From Phallusia mammillata (lineage: Eukaryota), in NCBI GenBank assembly GCA_965637545.1, contig OZ281494.1, positions 7,812,001-7,876,000 on the forward strand: a stretch of DNA of 64,000 nucleotides, written 5' to 3'. This document shows positions 1 through 10,533 of this stretch, piece by piece. Position 1 is the first letter of the stretch; the number at the start of each line of letters is the position of its first letter. The notes beneath the pieces were generated by a model, which searched no databases, was not told the DNA's origin, and saw only the letters and a list, made by a program, of their open reading frames with translations. Made by a program: the position numbers and the translations under genes.

Positions 1-659
1 AAACTATAGCGCACAGACGAAAAGGTCACCTTCGCCTTGTTTACCACTAGCATTTCGCGGAAGAAAACGGTCATTGTGTCGTCACAATGCTCGTGCAGGC
101 AACGGCTGAGGTTATGTGCTGGTTAGCGTTGGTCTGACAAACAATACGAAAATCTCATCTCTTCAGTCAAACATGACGCTACTTCCTGTATGACGTCACA
201 CAGCTGTTTACGCCTTTTATCGATAGTAACAGCACGCGTGTTTCTCTACAAAGCTTTACCGTGTCATAAGCCTGTGTGTTCATCGAAATGTAAGATTGCT
301 TGTGATGCTTCAACTGTAGAAATTGTTTCAATCCGAATGTAAACCGTGTCCATTGCTGTGTCCCATGCACGTGGTGTTTACACTTTACTTTATGAGCTGG
401 TTTATGAATTTCGTTTACTAAACCAAAGGTCACCAACCATTTGACTTTTTTTTGTAACAGAACAAAATACTTTTGTACTCATTCAAACAGTTTTCCACGT
501 TAAGTATATTTGGTTAAAGAAAGAGTTTTCTAATCGAAAGGTTGGCGACTTTGAACCAAACCCTTTCACCAGGCCGTATGAACCGTATTGGGTAGTTTGA
601 AACAACTCGTCAAGATTCGATTTGGATACATTCACTAACGCCAGTGCAAACAAGAGCAG

Positions 660-2411
660 CTAGGAGGAACAACTAACTAACAATTTGCGAGCCCATTTCG
701 GCGGTCTGTTGGCATAACCACTGTACTCAGCCGGTGCTTGTTCTTCAAAGGGTCGCTGCAGCACCATATGTATGCGCCAAGCCTCGGAGTAATCACCATT
801 CTCAGCCATTCGTATCGCCGATTCGGCCATCCAGTTCCTCAAGATATAACGGGGGTTAACTGCGTAAAGCCTTGTGCTTCGTTGCTGATCGGTCAAGGAC
901 GGTTCGGCACCTAAGATGCGTTTATAGTAAGCCGAGCACCAACTGGAGAATAGAGAATGCTTGCTAAGGTCAGCTAAGGCCCATAGATGATTTGGAATTA
1001 TCGCCGTAGCGATTTCGTTTAAACGCCACGCACCGAGCTGACGAAAGGTCATCGTAAAGTCAGCTTGGGTTTCGTTCATGAGATGCAAAAGTGACGCAAC
1101 AAGCATGACGTCGCCGCGGTCGTCGCCAACAAGGCCCAGTTTTTGTCTGAATGCAGACACCAGTTTTGTTTGATATTCCTCGTTAAACGCTTTTAACTTA
1201 GTTTTTATAATAGATTTTTGTGTTGAGTTTAGCAACGGCGAAATAGCGTAAAAGAGCTTGCGAAGGTTAAACAGTGCAACGCTTGGCTGGCGGTGCAAAG
1301 CATAGCGGCCGCCATCGTCGGACAAGTTTGGGATAAACAAAGGGTCGTATGAGTCCAGAAAACCGAACGGACCATAATCGATCGTAATGGACATTAGGCT
1401 GAAGTTGTCGGTGTTACAAACACCGTGCGCAAACCCGAATTTCATCCACTTTACGACCATGTCGATCGTTTCACGCTGCACGAGCTCGAACAATTGCAAA
1501 TATCGATCAGGGTGGTGAACGTCCACCGACGCCGCAAAGTGATTTCGCATGATGAAATCCAACACCGTGGAGAGAAGATTAATTTCGCCACTTTTCGAGA
1601 GAATCTCTAAGCTACCGAACCGAAACCAACTGGGAGCTAACCTTAGCACAATGGCTGTTTTCTCTTCGACAACGGTGCCGTTATAGAGTGGGTCGCGCTT
1701 TACAACGTCATCGGACACAACAAGGCTGACAGCTCGTGAAGTAGGGACACCTAAATGGTGCATAGCTTCACTGCTAAGAAACTCGCGAATCGATGACCGC
1801 AAGACAGCTCGACCATCGCCGTGGCGTGAATATGGCGTACGGCCTGATCCTTTAAGCTGCAATTCCCAACGTTCACCTTGCTGGCTGAAGTATTCGCCCA
1901 GCAGATGCGCCCTGCCATCACCAAGTTGCCCAGCCCATTCGCCGAATTGGTGCCCGCCATATCTAAAACATCATAGAAAAGAAATGGAAGGAATATATTA
2001 ACAAATCATTGTAATGTGCCATCACCTTTTGTGTTTTAAACATGTTTACCTGTGTGCATGACTTTCGTTCAACAAGAGGCGGCCATTTGCAAAATCTAGA
2101 AACTTTTTGCTGGAGCGAGCATCAGTAAAGTCAATGTCAAGGCAGGATTCCAAGGCATTGCGGGACAGAAGTTTGAGCTGCACGCCCTTCTGTAATGGTG
2201 TTGGCCTCACATGAGAAAACACACAGTTGTGAACCTGACGCACAAAGTTTCCTTCGTAATCCTCTACCGGCAGTTGGTGCAATAAATGACTGTTGAAACT
2301 CCAACTTGAAAACGGTTTATTGTGTAGGTAACTTGATTTTTCACCACCAATGGGTTCCAAACATAAAAACAGAGAAATCAGTGCTTGTAGTTTAATTGTA
2401 TACCGACTCAT
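660..2411 (-). CDS. SELENOO: SelO-family protein adenylyltransferase, Cys-type; 2 exons (2411-2050, 1962-660), ~554 aa
   Basis: Spliced translation gives YGGHQFGEWAGQLGDGRA, QLKGSGRTPYSRHGDGRAVLRSSIREFL, HGVCNTDN, IDYGPFGF and C-terminal VSCSS-stop; GT-AG intron 2049-1963 joins HR|YGGHQ in frame. Confidence 0.9.
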
Positions 2412-2810
2412 TTAACTTGTTAAAGTATTTGCATGTACAGTTTAAATCTAGAAATAAACATGCACAAATATTAAATGCACACATAAATATAGAGTATTTT
2501 TTACAAATGAAATGAAAAATTTGTGTCATACAATCAATATGTACAACACTAGAATTAACACATTCCAAGCTTGACAGGTACAATTTCGACAGGGCAATTA
2601 TTTTGTCAACCTGCTGTCTCACAATCTCACCAGGCTGGTTGAAACCACAAAGGATACCCTACAGCAAAACTATTTTATATACCACCAAAATATATGTATG
2701 TACAACTAAAACACATACGTGTAATCGAAAAACAAAATTAAAATTGACATTCTGAACAGACAGGTTTTATACACTTAACTACACAGCAATTAGTATTATT
2801 GCATTTTTTG

Positions 2811-3546
2811 TTAGTCAAGATCATATCCCATAAAGTGAAACATAGAGGAATTGAAGAGATTTCCTTGCAGATTGATGTTATCCATTCCACCAAGTTGGCT
2901 TGGTAGAACTGATTCGAAGCTCATAAAACGGAAAGATGTGATCAAATTTTTAATATCTGGATTGCTCCTTTCAATGCAAACAATCACTCGTTTGACTGAT
3001 AATGATTCCTCAGCATAATCCAACAACTCAATAAAGCTATCCTTGGACAGATCTAGTGGTACACGGACAAACAATTGATCTTGAAGCTGTACCTAAAAAA
3101 GTTGTGTTTTATGATAGGTTCCCTTTACAATATATTTAATGATACAAATTCTATACATACTGTATCATAAGATATAATGGTGTGTTCTGCTTTTTGGCGA
3201 AGGAAGGTTTTAAGCTGAATATCTTGACAGTTTTTTGTGACCGACATACACTCTTTGGACAACACATCACAAGCAAACTTCACAGACTCTGAGGCTCCAT
3301 TTCTCACATACACCCTGTACAACAAAAACAACCCAGTATAAGTCAGTTGGTCTTAAAGGGTTGAGCGCATTAACTTACTTATTAGGGACGTCAGGAGCAC
3401 TGCCGAGGCCCTGCGGCCAGTTTGAAGTTACAGTGGAAAACTGTTGAAAGAGGCATGGAGGAGGAAAGAATGGTGAAGTAGCCTTCTTTTTCCTCTTTTT
3501 CTTCATGTTGATTGACTGAATTGGACACAAAATTCTCTGTATGCAT
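2811..3546 (-). CDS. OAZ: Ornithine decarboxylase antizyme: ORF1 3546-3391 (51 aa, ends GPRQCS-UGA), +1 frameshift into ORF2 (3392-3379, 3314-3161, 3092-2811)
   Basis: TGC TCC TGA site; ORF1 has EKEG, SMPL and GPRxCS like vertebrate OAZ1; ORF2 has SKDSFIELLDYAEESL..VIVCIERSNPD..LITSFRFMSFE; introns of 64 and 68 nt keep the +1 frame. Confidence 0.92.
3391..3396 (-). promoter_or_regulatory. Programmed +1 ribosomal frameshift site UCC-UGA
   Basis: Minus strand CCT CGG CAG TGC TCC TGA C; antizyme homology continues only in the +1 frame. Confidence 0.9.
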
Positions 3547-4114
3547 GACAATTTAACAACAGCTTTTGTATGTCTTATGCTCACTGAAAAACTTCAACAG
3601 AAAGAAATTTTAGTAGTGAAAAAAGGCAAGAATGTATTTTTCATGTAAAAAATCACAGGCATATGTTTTACAGTTGTATATATTCATTAAAACCTTGGTC
3701 ATAAATGGCAAAGTAAGCAACTGGCAACACATTGTCTTCTCTTCAACATATTTTCAAACCATTAAAAACAGCACAACTAAAAAATAATTGCACCGAAATG
3801 TCCATTGCCCATCTGTGTACAAACCCTTGTCATACATTGGTAAAGTAAAATAAGACACTGTATACATACAACCAATACTTGGGAATAATTATACAAGAAA
3901 CTTCTCTATTTTGCTGTTTAAATCAATTCAAGTTTGTGTTTAAATCAATGCAAGTTTAGCAGCCTTGATATAATCAAACACAAGACTTTACCAATGCTTT
4001 CAGACTTTTTGGGAAAAAGCACTGCACAACAACATAATTAGTTTCATTCAATGGCCTAAGCAGACACATAGAAATAGTCAAAATTTTGTACATTTAATTT
4101 TTGAATCCAGTTTC

Positions 4115-4531
4115 TAGTGATGGGAAGGGTACCCGGTATCGAACGATTTCAGTGGTATCGATACTCGTACTCTGTATCATATTTTGTCTCAGTTTTCAAT
4201 ACCAACGTGCGAGTACCGAAGGTCCATTTACACCATAAGAATACGGGCAACTATATGCCAATATTTGCTTCGGGCAGCACAATATTGGAAAAAAGTTCCG
4301 CCAGGTTACATATTTTTTTTCCGCTATCGTATGGAGATTACTTTTTTCTGCATGTGTGTGTGTACACGCCTGTACCCCGACCATGGCAGATAAATTAGCC
4401 AGTGCTATACAACTAAGTACAACACTGTACTTAAGTACTCGGTAACCGTACTCGGTATCGAAGGTATATACATGTGGTACTCGTACTCGGTATCAGTACT
4501 CGCTTCAAAACCTGGTATCGTCCCATCACTA
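4115..4531. mobile_element. hAT-type MITE, TIR TAGTGATGGGA, upstream of/intronic to antizyme
   Basis: TIRs tagtgatggga/tcccatcacta; perfect 8-bp TSD ccagtttc; same family as 16744-17137. Confidence 0.9.
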
Positions 4532-5434
4532 CCAGTTTCCCTTCTTGAAAATGTATAAAAAACAAGTAATGATGACTTCATGAAATACAACACTACCCAT
4601 GCACATGCCTTAAAACACTTAATTCATTGTTTTTGAACAGTATAAATATTTGTAATGCACTGAACCCACACTGAATGTACAGAATTTAAATTTCAGGAGT
4701 CAGCATTACTACTGAAAGTTAGACCCTATACAAATCAGCAACCTGGTTTATGCTGTAGTATATGACAACCAAATGTGACTATCAGCTTCAAACCTTAGAA
4801 AGTTAAGCAAGCAGGAACAGTTTAAACAAGCGTTCGAGCATTAATAATCGCAAATTTAAGAATAAAACTAGACAATGAGTTTTAAATTGTGCTCCGGGAG
4901 CAATATGAAATGCTATGCATGCATTATAAGGTAAGGTTTTAATACCTATACATTTTCTACAGGTTATGTTATTTCCCACAAAAAAAGTTAAGTTTGTTAC
5001 TAAAAAATCAAAAATGGTCTGAGGTTACACTTTCTGATAATTTAAGAAGCAAAATATACATCTTTTGCAATTTCATTAGTCTTATAATTTTATTTTACTT
5101 GACATTAGTGCTATTGTCACTATGCTTTCTTTCACCAAGCAAAAAAAACTCTAATCGATTACAGAAATATGCGTTCAATGTTGCCTTATATATTTCATAA
5201 TTCAGACAATAATGAAACAAATAATTGTTATAATACGCTTAAGCCTGATATAATAACATATATTGCGAAACACAATCAGTATGAGCGAAACCAAATAAAG
5301 AAATGTATTAGATATATTGCATTGTAATAGCATGTAACCCAACGTATTAAAACAAGCACTGATAAGTAGGAGGTTAAACAAATACTACACAAAAGTTCAA
5401 ACAAAGCCATTTTATGACCGATTTTCAAACATAC

Positions 5435-5486
5435 CAAGTCGCAGCAACATGCTGCAAGACACCATTACATCGAGTTGCAGATACAT
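5435..5486 (-). other. Candidate upstream antizyme exon (coding part MYLQLDVMVSCSMLLRL)
   Basis: Strong donor G|GTATGT at 5434, matching acceptor TTTTTCAG at 3584; three in-frame AUGs at 5486, 5465, 5450; splice not demonstrated. Confidence 0.4.
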
Positions 5487-5649
5487 CTCCTTCGGCAGAA
5501 TTTTGCTTTCGCAATAAAATTGCTTCGCGAGTCGCGACCTTTTTTCTTTGTGACCAAACAAACAAGTGTACTGTATCTCAACTCAGCCGTAGAAATACAA
5601 CACAGTAATTGGAAATCACAATGGAACTTCACGAACAAAGTTACCGACA

Positions 5650-6140
5650 AACAGTTACAATTTTTTTAGATTGTGCTGAAATTTTCGTCCGGCGGTATTG
5701 TATCTTTGGGGCAAATTCTAAAGTTTTTAAAATTTCATGTAGCTGCAGAAAAAAATGCAGTAGATTTTGTTGTATTTTTAAAATCAAAGAATTATTTTGC
5801 CCAGTCTAGTAAATGCAACATTCTCTTAATCCGCAAATATTTCATAGCGAAGTGTTTTTGGGCATTTTATGTTTTCTTTGTGTTGCTTCTAAACCACGTG
5901 ACCAGTTTTAGCGATGATTTAGCAATTGTAAAAGTGGCGAGTGGTGACGAAGCTTTCTTTTTGATTTCTTGGGTACATAATTACATATCTATTATAATAT
6001 TTAGCTGTCACTTGCTTTGATATAGAAATGAGGTTTTATACAATTTAAAACCAAATTGTTCTAAAAACTGGGGGCGATAACACTTTAAGGTTATTATAAA
6101 AAGTATATTTTTGTTTTTATTGTAAACTCGTTGTCGTACT
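5650..6140. promoter_or_regulatory. Putative bidirectional promoter region between antizyme (-) and SELENOT (+)
   Basis: Head-to-head gene geometry only. Confidence 0.35.
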
Positions 6141-6165
6141 TTTGTCAGATTTGTGTAATAAAAAT

Positions 6166-6783
6166 ATGGCTAACTATGGTATGTATGCCATAGTTGGCAT
6201 TCTTGCCATCATGATAACTTGGAGGGACCTGTCAGGAAACACAGAAGTTGATGCGAAAATGGATAATGATGATTCTCCTGTTCCAAAGCTTAAAAGTCAA
6301 TTCACTGTTCCTGTTGTAAAATTCCTCATTTGTCAATCCTGAGGTTACAAGCGGGCCTTTGAGGAATACGCTCACATCATTCAGCAGCGTTACTCAGGGG
6401 TCAAGATCGACGGGGGTAACTACCCACCTCCTCAGATCAACCAAGCCATTGCTTCATTTTTGTCTCTTGCGAAATTTATTTTAATTGGTTGTATTTTGAC
6501 TGGAGTAAATCCATTCGAACGATTTGGATTGGACACCCCTCAGATCTATATTTGGTGTCGTGAAAATATGATATATGCCTGTTTTATGCTGTTTTTCCTT
6601 ACCAATGCCATAGAAACTCAACTTACATCAACTGGTGCATTTGAAATATCATTGAACGATGTCACCATTTGGTCAAAGCTTCAATCTGGAAGAGTTCCAA
6701 GAGTAGATGAACTGATGCAGATCATTGACTCTCACATCAGTGGTGGAAATATCAATGCCAACGAGCAGTTCAAAGTGCAATAA
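6166..6783 (+). CDS. SELENOT: Selenoprotein T, intronless, 205 aa, Sec UGA at 6340-6342
   Basis: The two ORF-track pieces are one frame separated only by TGA: FLICQS-U-GYKRAFEEY (CxxU), YPPP, hydrophobic middle, AFEISLNDVTIWSKLQSGRVP. Confidence 0.95.
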
Positions 6784-7204
6784 ACCTTTCCTCAACTTTT
6801 ACATTCATTTAGTGGTGTTGCGTTTTTGGTATTACGTTTGTGGTACCTTGGTTACACATTTTCATTTCACCTTTAGGAGTTCAATTTTTCATGGTGTTTG
6901 GTTTGTTACACCAGGTTTCACTGTCTTGACAAAACAGACTGTATACACAAAGTTAGTTTTTGAAACAATTTATGCTTAAACTTATTTATGTTTTGTGTTA
7001 AAACTCTGCAGCTGGCCGTGTTGACGAAACCCATTTAAAAAGCATAAAAAGGCTAAGTGTACTTTTTAAAGATGTGATGTACAGTAATTGTAATGAAGTT
7101 TTTTTGCAATGCACAACTTTTTGTCTATTGATTTGTGCTGGAAGTATTTATTGTATGCTAAGTTAAGTGTTATACATTTTCATTCAATGGATCTGCAGAG
7201 CAAA

Positions 7205-7270
7205 ACTACGATGAAGACATTCTTCAAAAGGCCATGCCAGAAAATGTCTGATATGTTCATTTCGGGTAGT
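7205..7270 (+). promoter_or_regulatory. SECIS element (type II) in SELENOT 3' UTR
   Basis: ATGAA 7211 / TGAT 7249 core; helix GACATT/AATGTC; AAAA at 7226; mini-stem GGC-CAT-GCC; lower helix ACTAC/GTAGT. Confidence 0.85.
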
Positions 7271-7383
7271 AATGGACAAGTTTTTTTTCTGTATTTACTA
7301 TTGTTTGCGTGCATAACATCTGTCTTGCAATGATCATTAGTAATTTATCATTGGTGTTTTGATGCATTTTGTGGTTGGATCAG

Positions 7384-7430
7384 AATAAATGACTAGTTTA
7401 ATGAAGCATTAATGTGTGTTTTATCAATAG
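7384..7430 (+). promoter_or_regulatory. AATAAA poly(A) signal followed by a splice acceptor AG (7429-7430) for EXOSC4
   Basis: AATAAA 7384-7389; tgtgtgttttatcaatAG; ATG 50 nt downstream. Confidence 0.55.
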
Positions 7431-7479
7431 GGTCTCTGCCTACAATGTTGTTTGTTTTGTAACCTACACAAAAACTACA

Positions 7480-9204
7480 ATGGCTGGCCTGGAACTAATT
7501 TCTGATCAAGGTTATCGAATTGACGGAAGGAAACCCACTGAGCTTCGACAAATTCGATGTCGTTTAGGAGTTTTTACACAAGCAGATGGTTCCTCTTATG
7601 TTGAACAAGGCAACACAAAGGTCCGTTTTTTTAAATTGGCAATTTGTTGGTTTTAATACTTTTGAGTGGTTAGAACTAAGGGGTTTGGTTTTTATTTAGT
7701 TTTATAATGAAGTATACTTTTTAGGTGCTAGCATCTATATATGGACCACATGAGCCTTCATCAAATATGAGAAGCAAGGTTTGAGGCTACATCCATATTG
7801 TTCTCCTAAACTTGTTTTAAGCTCAACTGTCAAAAATGATGTCATTCGACCACCTTTTCTAAATGTTTCAGTATAAAAGAAGCTTACCTCTTACAGATTT
7901 CACATGACAAGTGCATTATCAATTGTGAATACAGTCAAGCCTCCTTCAGTTCTGCTGAAAGAAAACACCGTCCTCGCGGGGATAGGAAAAGCCTCGATAT
8001 GGCTGCACACATAAAACAAACATTTGAATCATGCATTCATACTACGTTGTATCCAAGGTTTGTGTAATTTGCAATAAAATAATTCAATAAAAATATATTT
8101 TATTGTGAAAATTTTCTCCCATTTGCAATTTCAAAGTTTAAACAGGTTTACCTTTGAATACTTGTGAAGTTCCTACACTTATAGTCTTGTCTGTATTCTT
8201 TACAAGTTATTTACCAAATTTCATGCCCAGTATTTTAATTGTAAACATTTTTCTGAATGTGGCAAATTTAAATCATGAAACTTCTAACCACTTCTAATTG
8301 GTAGTTGATTGGTCAGTGATGCCAATTAAAGTTGATTTTGCATTTCAGATCCCAAATTGACATATTTTTGCAAATCCTCCAATCAGATGGAAGCAATTAC
8401 TGTGCTTGTGTTAATGCTGCTACCCTTGCAATTGTCGATGCTGGGATTGCAATGAAGGCAAGATATTCATCAGCTGCACCTTTTTAAAAAAAAATTATTG
8501 CAAAAAATATTTTTTGTGTGATGTTCTTTACATTTGTATTGTTGTAATCGTAAATTCTTTTTCTAGGATTATGTTTGTGCTTGTTCAGCGAGCTTAGCCA
8601 AAGGAACAACTCTAGTTGATATCAATCATGTTGAAGAATCCGCTGGGTGTGCTGAATTGTCAGCTGCTGTTATGCCTAAGTTAAACAAGATTGTTTATTC
8701 TGAACTTAATGGAAGGTAATACCATTGTATTAAGTAATAATTGCTGGATCTATACAATTATGTCCCACCAAAATGACACTTAATTTGGGAATTAAAATCG
8801 TTCTGTGAGTAATCAATGAAGCACACTTTTATTCCGACTATTTCTTTTCCCATATTTAATTAAGTTTTGTTATTGCCACTCTGAGTTTAATTTATTTCGC
8901 TAAGTGAAAGAAATGGTAGCAACAAGTTGCACTACAACAGTAAATAAATGAAACTAAAGTTTTAACTTCTGACTCTTAAACTACGATGCATTTTTTTAAG
9001 TGAAAAAAACTTTTTTACCATTAAGTGACATTGTCAAAAAAGGCTCCATTATAAAGGTACCATTTTTGTTGCAGGTTGCATGAAGATGAAATTGGAAAAG
9101 TTCTAGACTCTGTTGTACTGGGTTGCAATGATATGTTTGCAGTAATGGAAAGGACAGTTCGTGAACATGTTGAAGAAACTGTTTCAAACTTTACCCACTC
9201 ATAA
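7480..9204 (+). CDS. EXOSC4: Exosome component RRP41; exons 7480-7620, 7725-7778, 7897-8057, 8349-8457, 8567-8715, 9075-9204
   Basis: MAGLELISDQGYRIDGRKPTELR, GSSYVEQGNTKV, YPRSQIDIFLQILQSDGS, DAGIAMKDYVCACSA; exon phases consistent. Confidence 0.93.
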
Positions 9205-10085
9205 ATTTTTGTTTTTGATACATCACTGCCGTGCCCTTTTTCAATAAAATTGCAAAAATATTCATGTATTTTTAAACTTTCTCACTAAAAAGTTTGTGTG
9301 AAGTCAAAGACTATGGTTTGGTATGATGAGAAAAATAGCATTTCAAACTGTAAACCATAGTGGTTGAGTTTTAGTTGATGTACCCAATTATTCTGTAGAT
9401 CAATCTAAATTAGAGCAGTCACTTATAATAACTTATTGCCGAAAACGCATGACAATTCAAGCATGTAGCTTTTTAACGGACATGTGGGCCAGGATGTTGA
9501 TAATTATCAACCGATTATAATCGGTCGTCAAATCACGTTGCATCGCTTTGTCGCTGCAAACTATTAAAATGCACATTTTCGGTGTCATAGTTCAAAGGTG
9601 CACAGCACTGGTCCCTATTGGCCCAAACATTTAATTTAAAGTAGCCTTTGCTTTAACTGCGTGTGTGTGTTACGTTAAGTAGGCAAAAGCGTTCAGCAGT
9701 GGTGATTTAGGGTTTTTGAAACTGTGTGGCGCGCGTAATGTATTTGTTTGTTGTTATGACACAATCAAAAATTGGTTGAGTAAATGCAGTGTTTAACATT
9801 TCATAAACTGGCCAAGGAAACACTATTTGCTTAAACGATCAATACCGGTAGAGGGTTTAACTTGTTACTAAAACGATGCGTTGGCACTTGGTACTAAACA
9901 AAAGCAACAACGAAAAACTAAACGAGATGAATCAAGCAATTTCTTGAATGGCGTGGTGCGGAACAAGATTTCTCAAAAAAACTTTTCAAGCTAGTGGACA
10001 TTCAAATCATGCACTTCAAGTTTAATTTGAGCTAGAGTCACTTGGTAAAATTACCTCCGCGTACTTTAAAATGAAAAAGGAAGAC

Positions 10086-10157
10086 TGCGTCGACCGGGAG
10101 TCGAACCCGGAACTAGTGCTTGGAAGGCACCAATGCTAACCGTTACACCATCGACGC
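10086..10157 (-). tRNA. tRNA-Gly(TCC)
   Basis: GCGTCGA/TCGACGC acceptor stem, TGGTGTAACGG A box, anticodon arm GGTGC-CTTCCAA-GCACT, CCGGG-TTCGACT-CCCGG T arm, T5 terminator just downstream. Confidence 0.95.
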
Positions 10158-10533
10158 GGACGATAGAGTGCGCCTGAAACTCAATTATAAACTATACTCT
10201 TAGTGACTCACAACCTGGTACAATGTTTTTGTTGTTTTCCATTTTTGCATTTACATTTGTTTGTTAATTCTAATAATTATAAGTGAAAAAAACATACTTT
10301 GATCGCGCAATTCACGTCATTTTCAACGGTTTTCCAATTTATGCTTCGTCATTTGTTTTTCGACGCAACGTGATCGAAACTTGCTTAAATAAATGCTTAA
10401 TCATGGAACGGAAAGTTTTAACCTGAGAAATTGGAAAAGATCATTCACCGTAATAATAGACTATGGAAGTTTAAGTAACACGTTTTGTCTACTCTAGTCT
10501 TTGTAAATTCTGGCTAACTGCATAATACATAGG

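Noticed and set aside
179-436. 85-aa minus-strand ORF
   Set aside because: Non-ATG start, no recognisable motif or supporting splice structure
3161-3390. Vertebrate-type pseudoknot 3' of the antizyme shift site
   Set aside because: No convincing stems found by eye in the spliced sequence; needs folding software
6142-6783. Two separate ORFs or a nonsense-mutated gene
   Set aside because: The TGA lies in the CxxU motif and a SECIS is present, so it is one selenoprotein CDS
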